Notes: a model not told the origin generated them from the letters alone. Shown: positions 12,029-25,692, counted from the first letter of the whole stretch. The stretch: 58,174 bases of DNA, filler included, from Sphacelaria rigidula (GCA_964200075.2; 8 parts of 8 records of this genome joined end to end with filler, not necessarily neighbours in it), one strand, 5' to 3'. Numbers and translations: made by a program.

Positions 12029-15000
12029 GGGGGTCGGCAGGTAAAACTCTGCAACAATGAACTCCACCTGGGGATAATAAGAACCGGCCTCCACAATCAC
12101 CATGGGTAAATCAGCCCCCCAGCGAAGCTGCCTCCTCTCTTGAAGTGGCAGACAACATCGATTTCTACCGAGTTATCCCATGGGTAATAATAATCTGTAC
12201 TAAACTCCTACAGTACTGCACTGTATTTTGTTTCGATTTTGCCAGAATGGTTTACGTACTGCTTGCTTACTGCTGGCGTACGGTACAGTTTTGATCCTGC
12301 AGTCCCTCTTGGCAGAGTATAAGAGTAGGGGGGTACCTTGGATGCCCGCTACTCCAATGCCTGTGCAAAATAATAATTTCAACCCTTTTGGAACCTTCCC
12401 CTCCTGTCCCCTGGCCAAACGCCCCATTATGAGAAGCCCTGACCAAGAGGAAAAGATGGAAACAGAAGAGGCAGGCAACCATTTTGAAAATAGGAGGTCG
12501 AAGAAGAGTCTCCTTCCTGGAGAGGGCAGGTGAGGTTTGTCCAATCATACATCGCAACGGATGAAGTGTGTCCAATTGTTATCATCGACAATAACCAGCA
12601 AAACAACTATGAAACATTACGTTCAAAAGACAGCTACGGGTTCCAGGGTCCAACCAGGCACGTCGGTATATTAGCATTTATTTGAAGATAAGGCAAGTAC
12701 CGTTTTGACGGGCTGCAGCATCAGGTGGCGAGTTCATCAAGCCACACTGTACATACAGCGTAGTATGGCTGAAATCAGCGAAATCCCGTCAACAAACGTG
12801 GAAGACACAATGGGTTGTGTGGGCGGTACATGGCGGGCGTAATCGCAGGCGTCTGCGCAGGCGATATACATGCACACGGGAGGGAGCCAACGGGCACCGC
12901 CTACCGCAATCAGGCCAGATGAAAAACACTACAGTCAGTAAATACAGTAGGTTACAGTATTGACTTGCGGCGACACTCCGTGTACGAGAAATATAACCAT
13001 GTCGTGAAAAGTCGGCCACGAGAGAGTAGACGGCACGAGACGATAGCGGTAGCCGGCGTCATGAATCTCATGCAGCATGATGTCTGTGCAACGGACGGGA
13101 AGGATCAAGCCGCGGTAGGGATGTGGTGGGGGCAACTATGTCTTTCGATACGCCGTTGTGTATTAGTCAACCCGCAGTATGATGCTGTCGGCACGTGATC
13201 CAGAGCGCAGTTATGTGCATGCCTCGCGTTTTACAGAGATATTTTCAAAATACGATACAGACACAACACAAAGCAGTAAGGCGTCACCCCTGGGGCGACG
13301 GCCACAGTGACGGTGCATAACTGCAGGGCACATGGCGTCTGCGTCGCCTTCACGGATTTTTTCAAACAGCGGGATGGTGCTGTCGAAACATGCATGGGGC
13401 GCGATGTTGTGCATGACGTGAGTCTGCAGTCGAGATTACCCCAAACTGCTGTAAACACACCCAGTACTGTACAGGACAGTATCGCAGCACCCTCGGCAGC
13501 ACGGGAAGGTGACTGCCTGGAATTGATTTACACCGCCAGTTCATGAATACGGCGAATGTGTCATCGGCGTTGCCCTTGTTGCTATGACGCTGAAAAGAGT
13601 ACAAGCTGCAGCGGGAAGGGCATGCAGGTCAGGCGAGAAGCATGCTTCACAGAGGCTCACCGCGCACTGTGGCCGGGGAAGGAGCTCATGAGTGTAGAAA
13701 AAAAGGCAGAGGGTCCTGGACTTCTCTTGTTCCACTTGTAAGGTCGAAAATAGGAAACCTCCTCTTGTTCCACCTGTCGCTCGCACGGGTCCAACAAATA
13801 CGCGTTGGGCCAAGGGTCTGTCAAAAATATATTTCGGGACGCGTAGGCACCAAGATCGAATGTTCGAGTTTTTGAGGGGGGGGGGGGGGGGGGGGGGCAC
13901 GCAGCCGTGTGTTCCCTGGTTTTTTGCCCAAGCGTTAGCGGATGCGGTCAGCTACGGTAGACAGTAGATATCCTTATGCATTATATATGATATATTATAC
14001 AAGGTTCCCCTTCCGGGGGTTGGTATGGGCCTCCCCGGGGTGACGCAAGTCGAAAATGTATTTTGTCAAGTTTTCCACGATCTTGAACAGTTGTGGTTTG
14101 GGATTGACACCCCGCGAAGAAAGGCCAGTTTGAGCGACTTTAGGTGGCCAGAAAACGCACCACAGGTATCATGGCGCCACAACCTGAATGGTAATGTGCC
14201 GCTGAGCCTTCTCGGTGCGCCGCAATAGGACGTGTGGGAAACAATACCTTGCCGTCAGAGAAAACTCGGCAAAAGCGGTGAAATGATACATGTACATAAT
14301 ATACACTGCGTAAAAGCACTGACAGCACTTGCACGATCGTGCCTCCTGAAGTGAGTACCTCTACAGACGATACTAAGATAGGTATCGCGTAGAATGTCAT
14401 CATCCACAGTGTACCCAATACGGATCGATGCTTGTTTGCCCGGGCAGGAGCCACCCAGCAGGTCATGATGNNNNNNNNNNNNNNNNNNNNNNNNNNNNNN
14501 NNNNNNNNNNNNNNTTAATTAATTAANNNNNNNNNNNNNNNNNNNNNNNNNNNNNNNNNNNNNNNNNNNNCTAGTTACGTGTCTTTCTCCGCTCGCTGTA
14601 CAGTCCGTGTGGGCGGGGGGAGTGCCGGCGGGGGGGGGGGCGTACTCGTTTGTTGCGTAGAGGGGTGGTCTGTACGTGAAGACACTCCCGCAAGACTTGC
14701 CCATCCAGCATGAGAAGCAGAAATAAGTACTAGAGCGGTGGAACGAACAACGGTTGGTGAATATAAGAAAAATCAAATGTAGGTCGTGTAGGGTATACCC
14801 GATATAGTGGAACTTTAAAAAGTGGAGATCCGACTCATGCCTTGAGCAGCAGCCAGCCTAGTGCTCTTCTTCCTTTCTTTGGAGTCCATGCAAGTCGTTG
14901 TGACCGACCGTACTCAGCTCATGTGTGACCTCCCAAAATCCCAAATACTGAGTATACATTATTCGACCTGCCTCTGAAATACGTCATGATCTAAACCAGT

Positions 15001-18000
15001 CACCGATGCTGTACTCTGTTGAATTGTGTGTAGTGAAATCATATTTTGGTGGGAACTGATGCCAAGTAGCAGGTCACCCCCCCACCGTAAAGGTTCAAGC
15101 GTCACCAGGGTGAGGATAGGTGCGGGAGATGTGAGGAAAACCAGCGTCTTGCAGAGAGGGGAATCTCACCAAGCATTCCGTCTTGGAAGTCGGAATGACA
15201 TCCGAAATGTTCATGTTGTCCGCTTTTTCACCACGAGCTGGGCCAGCCCACATGCGGACCTTGGATTGCAAGGCCTCATTCCCGGCCCATTTTCGTGAGT
15301 TGTACTTTCGAAATAATCCAAGTCTCGAAGTTGAGGTGACGATTTGGGGCCTGCACCGATCGAGATTCGTGGCAGTATTTAACAGACATTTCACCAGCCC
15401 AGTCATGTCTCTACTAGGCATGTCCGAAACCGCGTTTTTTTCACTTTCGCCATGAGCTACGTTTCGAGCAATTCTTGTTCGAGAGAATGATCTTGACTCA
15501 CGGAAAAAAAGTTTTCATTTTGTTTTGCGGCATGCCCTCGCGATTCTCCATACCCGATTTCAAGCAACAAGCTTCAAGAGCGGGACGGAGGATCTGAGGA
15601 AGCGGGCAAAAAAAGTCCATTATTCACAAAAAGGTCCTCTAGCCGCAAAAAAGATTCGAGGACCTGAACGTGTTCGGATTTCGCCCTTGTGATTTCAAAG
15701 CACAACCCTCAAAATTGTGGCTCAAAATCCAGACTTGGCGCGTTCAGTACCTCCGCCCAGGGTCATTGAATTCAGTACGGAAACTCATATACGTCGTGTC
15801 ATGAGGTGGAGAGGCGATCACAGCATCCCCTCTTCAGACCCGTTGATCACGTGTTTTGTACAGTGCGGATCGAAGGTTTTTCCGTGAAACAAATCATCGA
15901 AAATCTTCAAATATTAGTAGGTGGATCAGATTGATGCCCCCAAGCCTCGAGAAGCAGCAAGGCTTCGGGTGTTGAAGGAGGCTCGACATGGGATCAGCCT
16001 CGCCCGCCGTGCTCACTCTACCAAGCTGGGACAGTCTTTTGCATTCATCGCTATCACCATTCGGTAACAGGTCTATCTATTTACGTCAACGTTGACGTAA
16101 TCTGCTACATCCGTCAACGTTCAGCATCCGTCCCACAAGCCCCGCATTGACACGGCAACACATGGAAAACGCTCACACAGTCTCTAGCTATCGTTCAAGC
16201 CATCGCACGGAGCACACGGACCCGTAACGGATGAGATACATGCTTATGGCAGCGTGAGCACTATTGTGGCATGCCACCATGCATCATGCATGTATGTCGG
16301 TCGTCCACACATCACCGACTATCCTTTTTTGGGGATCCATACGTGCTGGTACAATATAGTGCACAGAGCGTGTCGCCTCTATATTTGGCGTCGATGGTCA
16401 CACACGTCTGGCATATGGCATCGCTGGGTCCGTTATGGCGCCCAGCTCCTGTGGTACTGAAAACGAGAGCTTGAGTCGCGAAAGTAGTCTCGAAGGGAAC
16501 ATTCGATGCTACCGATGACGCCATGAGTTCACGCTGTAGGGACGCGTGTTTTTTTCATTAAACAGGAAGCTTGTTCTCACTTGAGGAGTATAGCTTGGCT
16601 ATCGCTACTCCGAGTTCTCACTGGTATGCATTTACTGTCGATAACGATTGACGCAGAAGAATGTCCCAGCTCGATAGAGTGGGCAAGGTAGGCGAGGCTG
16701 CTCCCATGCCAAGCGTCTATCTACAGCCGAGGTATTGCCGGTTCATCGCTTCATCACTGCCGACAAGGGAACCGACCGATGCTCATGAAGCAGGCATGAT
16801 TGCCCGCAAAGAGTTATCTCGTGTAGCCGCCACCAAGCGTGAGTACACGCAGTTGGGTGTAAAAAAACGTTGGCATATCAAAACCGTGTCCGCTGCTGAC
16901 AGGTAAGACTCTGACCAGTTCAAGTCCGGTCTCATTCTATCAATCCGTCGCACATGGAAGAATATTCTTCGTTCAGCCGATGCCACGGGACAGCAGTGGT
17001 TCGAGAACCCAGGCTTGGTTGACGGTCGGCAGACCTCATTGCACAAGGCGCCAGACCGTTGGATCAGCCGCCCCTCGCCCGATTTTGCCGCCTCCTTGAC
17101 GCAGATCATGGACAGTTTTTCACCGCGCTGGATCCAAACGGTAAAAACGAAAAGATATCGCCGATACCGTTCGCTGATCTTGAAAGGCGTTAAACACTTG
17201 AACGCCCTTCCAGATCAGCGAACAGTACCGGCGATGTCTCTTTGCATTCGCCGTCCGGCTCCAGCGCGGTGGACGATGTGTCGATGATCTGCGTCAAAGA
17301 GGTGCGACAACGTCGGGCGAGCAGCGGCTGGCTGTCTTGGCGCACTCTGACACACACCACCGCCCGGCACTGCTGCCACTTCAATCATTAACGGGACTCA
17401 TGCGGCACCAACACGCACCAGCTGCACGGACCACGAGTGCTCTCGGTGACAGCTCACCATCAGCGATCATTAGGAAGCCTACTGCTCCCCGGGCGTCGCC
17501 TCGCCGCTGCGAGGCAGACAGCTGCTACCATCAATCGCCGAGAATACAGAAGCTCCATGCTGGCTCCGTTTGTTTATCCCAACCCGCACACACCCGCGTT
17601 GAGAGTCATCCCCGATCACAGCACCCGACTAGAACTCGAGTACCGGAGAAGACGCAACAGACAGCTGCGCAGCCGTCACGTGACGATTGTTTTAACTTCT
17701 ACTGTTCGGACAGCACTTTTATTTCTCCCAATTCTGCGCAAACCTAAACACGGCATGCGGCAGTACAACTCTTCAGGCACTCTCCGGTGCACATCGCACC
17801 GTGATCGTGGTGGAGTGTTCAGGTGCACAAGAGTACAGCGACAATTACAGCATGTAAATGATGGGTTAGGGGAGCGCTTTGTTGGTCTGATTCGAGACGA
17901 AACTGGCAGCACAACTTGAGGGTTTTTAACTGTGTAAAGCACTGCGTGCAGTGAAAATGAAGCAACTGAGGCAGTCCCAGCGGAGATCAAACCGTCTTCA

Positions 18001-19207
18001 CAAAGGCCTGAAGACTCGACAGCGCAGCGACAGCTACAGCCACGAAATGGAGCATGAGTGTGTGTGTCCTGCAGCACAGTGATCAAGGACATGTCCCATG
18101 CGACAGTCCTTTCACTGATTTAGGGTGGGTCCTCGAACTTTGCCGTGTCCCGGTCTTCAAACGCCCGGTCACAATCGCGATTCGCGCGATGATGTTTCAA
18201 TTTACCTTTGGTTTCCCCCATCTGTGGAAGGTGAGGCCGTTCTTCGGCAGGCCAAGCTCGGTCAGAGGGCAGCATGTTGTCCGAGAAATCGAAATACTGG
18301 ATGCTACTCTAGGTCTGCCTCTGCCACCCAGAAATATCAACGGCAGGAAGATCTTTCAAAATGGACCTTGTGCACCACCCTCGCTTCGACGGCAGTCAGT
18401 TTTGAGGAATGTCACTGTTTCTTTCATCGGAGTAAGGAGATAACTGATCCATCGCCCACCCCGCGAGAGGGTTTGTGTGTCGACTACCCGGAATCTCGGG
18501 TAGACCGCCTCGAGGCAGTCATGTGGGATGGGCGCCTCGAGCGTTCGTGTGCCCGAGGCAGTGCGTGGGTTGAGCCCCCACTAGAACCCCGTGTCACCTT
18601 AACTCGCTTCCAGCAATTAGTTTCACGAAATCCTACCATGGAGCATCGGAATACAAACGTATACATACACAGGCTCGACAAACGGAAACACTCTTTTCGC
18701 AACGCGGTGGTTTCATTATTTCGAGTGTTGTTGGTGTTGTTGTTGTTGTTGTTGTTGGCTCCACATTACAAAACGATCCGATATCTGCGCGGTACATTCG
18801 TCCTCCGCATCTGATGCGGACGCTTTCCGTGGTCACAGGCTAGCGAAAAATCAAAAGAGCAAAACCCCCCAAAATAGACCCAGATGAAAACTCACAAAAC
18901 GCGATACAAGCAAAACAGGGATACATGATAGAGAAGAAAGGGAATATATGTGGCTAACCTCGGAAGATCCGGTGCCGCAGGTGGCCACTCGGACTTCCGG
19001 AGGTGGCACCCGGCTTTCCAACAAGACGCGTGACGCCAAGTAAAAATGAACACGATGTCCGACTACGGACGAGACTCGAGGCCCCAAATACCGCCAACCA
19101 AAGAACTGAGAATCGCAAGGTTCCATCTCTCGGCCATGATGGAATTCGCGTAATTACTCCCTCACCCCCCCCCCCCCCCCCCCCCCGTTCGCTTTCCTCC
19201 CCACCAG

Positions 19208-19489
19208 AGCGCAGTGGCGGCTTCGAAGCCGATGCGCATGTCCGCGGCGGATGACGCGTTCGTGCCCGACATGAGCCGGCGCCAAGCGATGAACCTCATC
19301 CTTTTCTCGTCTCTGGGCATCAACGTCCTGGGCCTGGCCGTGCCCTACATCGCCTTCTTCGTGCCCCCCGGCACCGGGGGCACGGGGGCAGGGGTGGTTG
19401 CCCACGACGCGATCGGAAACGACGTGACTACGGCCAGCTGGTTGGCGACCCACGCACCTGGAACGAGGGAGCTCGCCGAGGGAATCAAG
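19208..19489 (+). CDS. petC: Cytochrome b6f Rieske protein, internal exon (end of transit peptide, TM helix); signal-peptide exon not found
   Basis: Polypyrimidine tract + CAG acceptor; SAVAASKPMRMSAADDAFVPDMSRRQAMNLIL...FFVPPG...AHDAIGND...ELAEGIK; AAG|GT donor; 282 nt, phase 0. Confidence 0.95.
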
Positions 19490-19856
19490 GTGTGTTTCTG
19501 AACCTCTTGGCCCCTCGAGAGTAGTCAATCGACCTCATGCAGAGGATAAATCGAACCTCTGGAAGATCGAATTGCTACGGAAAGGAGTGCAACTGGACTA
19601 TGACAATCGATGTCCAATCGAAGTGCAACTGGATAATGACAATGGATTACACTGTCAGAGACGTATACTATGTACAGTATGCACGCTTTTGATGATTGCA
19701 CAATGCGTAACAGTCGATACTGTACTCTTTACACATGTTGCTGTGTAGTCTATTGTCCAGTGTGTGAAAACAAGCGGATGTCTCCTGTTGGATGGAGAAT
19801 CAGGAAAAGGTTGACCTTACCAAAAATTGATGGCACACAATCTCCGACTGAGGGCC

Positions 19857-20024
19857 TGTCTTAGCACATGAGGTTTCGATCGAAAAAGTGCGGTGGAAAA
19901 CGAAAATCCTTATCTGATAGGTCATGATTTCAATCATCTTCAAAATAAATGACGATGGTCAAAATTACTCAGGATTTTCGTTTTATACTGCACTTTTTCG
20001 ATCGAAAACCCATGTGCCAAGACA
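19857..20024. mobile_element. Small MITE in petC intron
   Basis: ~55-bp TIRs TGTCTTAGCACATGAGGTTTCGATCGAAAAAGTGC... / ...GCACTTTTTCGATCGAAAACCCATGTGCCAAGACA; no clean TSD. Confidence 0.8.
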
Positions 20025-20117
20025 TTGCCTAGCCCATTACATACCCCCAACAGATCACACCACTCCTTAACCCCCCCCCCCCGCCCCCTCCCCCGCCTTC
20101 ATAACTCCTGCTTCCAG

Positions 20118-20276
20118 GGTGATGCTACTTACCTGACGGTGACTGAAGACAAGAAGATCCAGGACTACGGGATCGTCGCCGTGTGCACTCACCTGGGATG
20201 TGTCGTGCCTTGGAGCAAAGCAGAGAACAAGTTTATCTGCCCGTGCCACGGTTCGCAATACGACAGCACCGGGAAG
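20118..20276 (+). CDS. petC: petC exon with both 2Fe-2S ligand boxes
   Basis: GDATYL...[11 protein letters not shown]...[18 protein letters not shown]| and |GTGA boundaries; 159 nt, phase 0. Confidence 0.97.
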
Positions 20277-21363
20277 GTGATTGCCGACGGTAGTTAATTC
20301 ATGAAAAGAATGGCGGTGTCTGGCCTTACCCCAGAGTAGGTACCCTAAGGCATGTCCAGGTACGCGCAGCATGTTATTTGTTGGATCTGGGTACATGAGG
20401 GATATCGATTACCGTGAGAACAGGTCTTGGACCATACACGGACCAGGAGTGGGGCGGGGAAGGACATGTGACTTTGAGTAGGCGATGAATGTGTGGCCTC
20501 TCTCATCCTATAATCCAGATTCAAGCGCAGTTTTTAAAATCCCGTGTTGCCACCAAGAGATTGATGAAGGACGATGGTTTTCTCGTAAGAAGATGACCGC
20601 AGGTTCAAATTGCTCGGTATGAACACGGCACATTACAAGCTGCGGATGGGTTTCTCTGAACGATGAGCGAGGCCACACACTTGAAGGGCGTGTTTTCCGC
20701 TTTTGATACATTCAACACGATTTTTGGCTCCCAAATAGGGACATGACTATCACATGTCGAAATCTCGGAGCCAAGCAAATCGGAATGTCAGCTAGACTCC
20801 CTCTCGCTTTGATGAAAAACGTTCAAGATGTGTGATGGCGATATTCCCTGTTTAGGGCTGAGAATCGTTTTGAAATGTCCCGATCGTGGAAAAATATGCC
20901 CCCCCCCCCCCTCAAAAAAACAAAACAGGAAGGGAAATTGTGTCGTGAAGGTTTCCAAGGTTCATCTTGAAAAAATCTTGATCAACTTGTCAATTCCCTC
21001 ATCCATACGTGGTGTATGTAATAATTCACCCATTATTTGTATTGTGGGCTATTCGAGGTATCAACTGTGGAAAGGTTGAAACACTGCAGAGTTCGTCCTT
21101 GAGGTATCGAGAGGATTTCGACTCCATGTACTCGATGCCGGCATCTATACTTTCGGGGGCACAAATGCAGCAGGTGGATCGAGTAGTCGTGAAATGGACC
21201 AGCTGTGCACGGGTTTCCAAAACGGGTAGCGGTATCTGTGAGCATCCCCCCTTTCTGGTGAGGGACAGCATTGTTATTTCTATGAAGCTCTCTGAACACC
21301 CTTTCTCGACCGCACACGTCCCCCTCCGTGTTCCCATGTTTCGTGTTCGGTCCCCGTGGTCAG

Positions 21364-21446
21364 GTTGTAAGGGGCCCCGCCCCCCTGTCGCTCGCGCTCT
21401 CTCACGTAGAGGAAAATGAGGCCGGAAAGGTCACCTTCAAGGAGTG
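21364..21446 (+). CDS. petC: petC exon (GPAP loop); last exon lies beyond the scaffold end
   Basis: CAG|VVRGPAPLSLALSHVEENEAGKVTFKE(W)|GTGAGT; not shown in the ORF track. Confidence 0.95.
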
Positions 21447-21855
21447 GTGAGTTTTCCCCGACCCTCTTTCGGGTGTGTTGTTGATGGAACTCGTTGGGAT
21501 CAGTTGATGGCTTTTTCTCAGTGAAATTTCCTTGGGTAAACGTGTTCTTGATGGCAACGCTCCCGAGTTTGGTGATGGTCGGGAAGAACAGGGATGAAAT
21601 CATCGAGTGGTTGCGAATGGTTGTTCATGCATGAATTAGTTTGATACCGTTCCTTATTCTGTTTTTTTTTTTTTTTTTTTTTTTTTGTCTTTAATATTGT
21701 TTTTTTTGTTTTTTTCTTTTGTTTTTTTTTTTTTTTCTTTTGTTTTTGTTTTTTTNNNNNNNNNNNNNNNNNNNNNNNNNNNNNNNNNNNNNNNNNNNNT
21801 TAATTAATTAANNNNNNNNNNNNNNNNNNNNNNNNNNNNNNNNNNNNNNNNNNNN

Positions 21856-21940
21856 CAAAATCATCCGCGAACATCAATCCTGATACCATATCTTCACCCA
21901 CCTGAGCCCCTTGCTTTGCTGCTTTTATTGCTATTATCAA
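21856..21940 (-). mobile_element. RT fragment of the RTEX-like LINE family
   Basis: VGEDMVSGLMFADDF, near-identical to 46600-46680. Confidence 0.8.
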
Positions 21941-22209
21941 GAAAAGCTGATCCCAAACGGTCAACGCAAGCTTAAACGCACAAGAAAATCTCGGTAGCAT
22001 ACTATAACCAAGTGATCAAGAGGATTTCCGCGTACCTGTACACTTCAACGCACACGCGCGGAATATCTCACGCGGGTATTCACATCGCCTCCTGGAACCT
22101 TAGATATCTGAGGAGAAGCAAAAACAATTCAGGGATAAGTTCGAAATATCCCCGAGGACGCGCACAAATTTTCAGGGTTTAACTCGACAAAACCCGATTG
22201 AGAAATCGA

Positions 22210-25200
22210 TGAAAAGTAAAGTTTTCGTCCTTCACTCTGAACCAGCCTGTAGTGTGTTATATCCATCAAACCTCATCAACAAAAAACCCGTCATCACCTC
22301 ACCGCTAGCTCCAGCCCCAAACCCCAACTCGAGCAAGGCGAATCCTCGGGCAAGGGAGGAGGGGGGGGCGGAGGTACTCATTTGTAGCTTGCTTCAGTCG
22401 TGTGACCATTGAAAACGCATCCCTTTCGAGACGGAGCACCGTTCCTACTCCTTGTAGAGACACCTTCAACACTCGTGTGCTCATCACGATTCTTACATGC
22501 ATTACACACAAGCCTTGCATATCTTATCTCCTTCCTGTACCGCCGTCTGTGACCACCATCTATCTCCTGGTATGCAATCGTTTTCTCGATACTGTCCAAT
22601 GTATCAAGCCATTTCATATCGCATTCGTGTATTCACTACATTTCCCCCTCTAGCGCGTCCCCATTCCTCCCTGTATAGTTCACATTCTCCGGCGGCATGA
22701 CTTCTATTCTCTATTGCTTTGCCACAGGGGCAGATCTGTGCATCAACTTCCTCCTCCACTCGACTGTTGGTTTTCCTCTTCCTTCTTCCTGACGGGTTCA
22801 GGTCCCCCATCCAAAATCGAAGTTTTAACTTTTTCGCGAAATCCATTGGGCCATGTAGATATGTTGTAATCCCCATCTCCTTTCCCACCCCCCTGTATAT
22901 CTTGATGTGCTCTTCCTCGTCTACTTTCCGTCTCAGCGCTTCGTTTTCCTTTATTTCTATCGTGTCTCTTTCTTTTGCCTTGTTGCCTTGTACCTCCATA
23001 TCCATCTATGAACCTTATCTTGTCTTGGCTTCCTCCTATCCTCTTCCATACTTTCTCGACTACTCTATCCCACCTTATTCCAGACTGTCCTTTCGTAATT
23101 TTCTTCCATACAGCCCTATCAACTATGGCTGGCAATCTTTTTCTCCGCATGTTCTTTTCGCTGTACTGTCATTTCAATATTCTAATGTCTGTTTTGAGTG
23201 GCTACCATCCCAACTCTGCTCTCAATGCTGTATCACTCGTCGGTTTTGAGCATCCCAATATTTTCTTAGCTGCTGCCAACTGTACTGTTTTTAACTTCTT
23301 TGCCAACTTCGTGTTCCCCTCCCATAATTCTCCTGTCTGTATTTTGCAGCTTTGGTAAAATCACGTTCATTAAAATACATACGTTAATCCCAGTATTCAG
23401 GAGCGAGTCTCTTAGGTCACGTCCAGTTAGCATATTTATGCCTTACCCTTCTTCATTACTTCATTTGTGTGTGCATCCCGAGAAACATTTTTGAGATCTC
23501 TGCGCCAAGGTATGTATACTGATCTGCGATCGGTAATTCCTCTTGTCCGCCACTTCCATTGGGTTGTACTGGGTTGCCCTCGTCTTCGTTACACACAGCC
23601 ACCGTGCATTTGTTAACGTTCGCTGTCACTCTCCATTTGCCAATATACTCTAGGGCCTTCCCTCTTGTACCTACAACCCTTCTGATGTTTCTCATATCGC
23701 CGCAAAATCATCTGCGAACATCACTCCCGATACTGTATTATTCCCTATCTTGACTCCTTGCTCTGCTGCTTCCATTGCTATTATCATGTAATTCATAAAT
23801 ACCTTGAGTGAAGTGGGTGATAACGTACATCCTTGTTCAACTTCGTGTGAAGATCATCAACATATTTTGATATTTTCTCATTCAGCATAATATCACTTTC
23901 CTCGCATTCTGTCATCTTATTCCACAACCGATTTCTCCATACTGTGTCATAGACCCTCTGCACGTCTCGGAAGAAACAGCGTATCGTAAATATCACTTTC
24001 CTCGCATTCTGTCATCTTTTCCACAACCGATTTTTCCATACTGTGTCATAGACCCTCTGCACGTCTCGGAAGAAACAGCACGTTATTAAACCTGCGACTG
24101 TCCTACCTTGAATGGTCTTACCTAATGTGTACACATGCTATACGCAGCTACGGTTTGGTTCAAGCCCTGCTTGCCCCTCGCTGAGTTTTTGCTTCCTTCT
24201 CAAGAATCGTCCCCACTCTATATTTCAGAACCCCACATAATGCTTTCCCTGCGGTGCTCAGTAGCGTTATCGCTCCACTATTCCGTGTGTCAGACTTGTT
24301 TATTTTCTCGAAAAGGTTGACGACTACTCCTTCTCTCCACCTCTTAAGTGTGTACTGCTTTTCCCATATCCAGTTATGCAGCATAACCATTATGTTGATC
24401 ATTACCTCTCCCTCGTACTTTAGGAATTCACTCACTATTCCGTCTGCCCCGGCTGCCTTTCTGTTCTCAAGCTTAGCGACACACTTCTTTACTTCCTCTC
24501 CTGTGAATTCTCTCTGCAATCCGTTTGAGTCACGATCTTCTCGCGTTGATGCCTCGACATTTGCCTCTGCCCACGCGTTGATTTCTTTCTCGAATTCCGT
24601 GTCGAACCTCTCGTTAGTTTTGGTGTTCCTATTATATGGTAGTGCTCTACTAATACTACTTCTCTCTTCTCCTTCGAATTATCAACCATCCTACCGCCCT
24701 GTGCTCTTAGTGTGGCTACATCCCCCTGTCTTCCTCTCCTGCCTGTTTGCCCAGTAAACCTTTCGTCCCCAACCACATTTGCTTCATCCCGCCATCACAG
24801 TCTTCATTTGTTTTATCAGCTACATCTTCCATATTCCCTTATTTTCCTTCGTCATTCGTTTTACCCCTGTTGAGGCCGAAGCATACTCCTCCCGCCCTAC
24901 CGTACTACTACTCCAAGTATATCTTGCGTACGCCTCTCTCTTTACTCTTATATATAGCCTTTTGAACTTCCTGATCCCACCATTTCACTGCTCTGCTACA
25001 TACTATCAACTTCTTCTTTATGACTTCACTTGCTGTGGTCTTGATCAAGTACGCCCATCCTCCTATAAGTTCCGCTCCTACCCGATCCTGTTCAAGTTTG
25101 GTATTAGCTGTACACACGCTTTCGAACAACTCGGAAAATTCCACCGCATTTTTTGTCATCTCCTCTTGGAATCCTCGCTGTTTTCCTTTTATGTCTAGTT

Positions 25201-25345
25201 CATACACGCCCCATTTAGAAAGTTTTTTACCCTGCTCATTTCTTAGAACTCTCGTCTGTTGTCTGTTTGGCCATGTCAGGCAGAAATCTATACCATCTAC
25301 GTCCGCTGCGCATGCATGTATCTTAATGCTCTCATCCGTGATCAA
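22210..25345 (-). mobile_element. Decayed RTEX-like LINE, copy 1 (end of endonuclease, RT, C-terminal Cys/His knuckle)
   Basis: EEVKKCVAKLENRKAAGADGIVSEFLK, ITLLSTAGK, FRDVQRVYDTVWRN, MFADDF, YTYLG, CPCGKAIENRSHAAGEC; many stops and frameshifts; collinear with 45060-48050. Confidence 0.88.
23889..24079. repeat. ~100-bp tandem duplication inside the LINE RT
   Basis: AATATCACTTTCCTCGC...GGAAGAAACAGC at 23889-23980 and 23989-24079. Confidence 0.9.
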
Positions 25346-25417
25346 TTATTACTTTCGCACACAAGAGTGGCCATACTGTACCGTAGTAGCACAATACACT
25401 AAACGGTACCCCTGTAC

Positions 25418-25610
25418 CTGTGTAGGTGCAGCCCTTCTGCACTGTCTCGCGGGGAGAATTCCAGACGCCGGTGAAACCCAGATCTTTGCACACTTTGACA
25501 AGACCCTCCTCTTCCGGCGAATTACCCGAGAACGCTTCCGGGTCACGGACGAGTACAAACAGGAAGGCCCGGAATGGATCCGACACAATGGCCCAAGGGT
25601 ACGGTCCGGT
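25418..25610 (-). CDS. Lipocalin (ApoD/Blc-like) C-terminal exon; 3' limit uncertain (donor after 25418, or read-through to stop at 25332)
   Basis: CAG|TGPYPWAIVSDPFRAFLFVLVRDPEAF...LGFTGVWNSPRETVQKGCTY (SCR3-like motif and C-terminal Cys). Confidence 0.85.
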
Positions 25611-25649
25611 CTGCTTTACACACACAGGGGGGGGGGGAGAGAGGGTGTG

Positions 25650-25692
25650 ACAGACACAGAGAGACAGAGAGACAGAGACAGAGACAGAGAGG
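25650..25692. repeat. (GACAGA)n microsatellite in lipocalin intron
   Basis: Direct reading. Confidence 0.85.
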
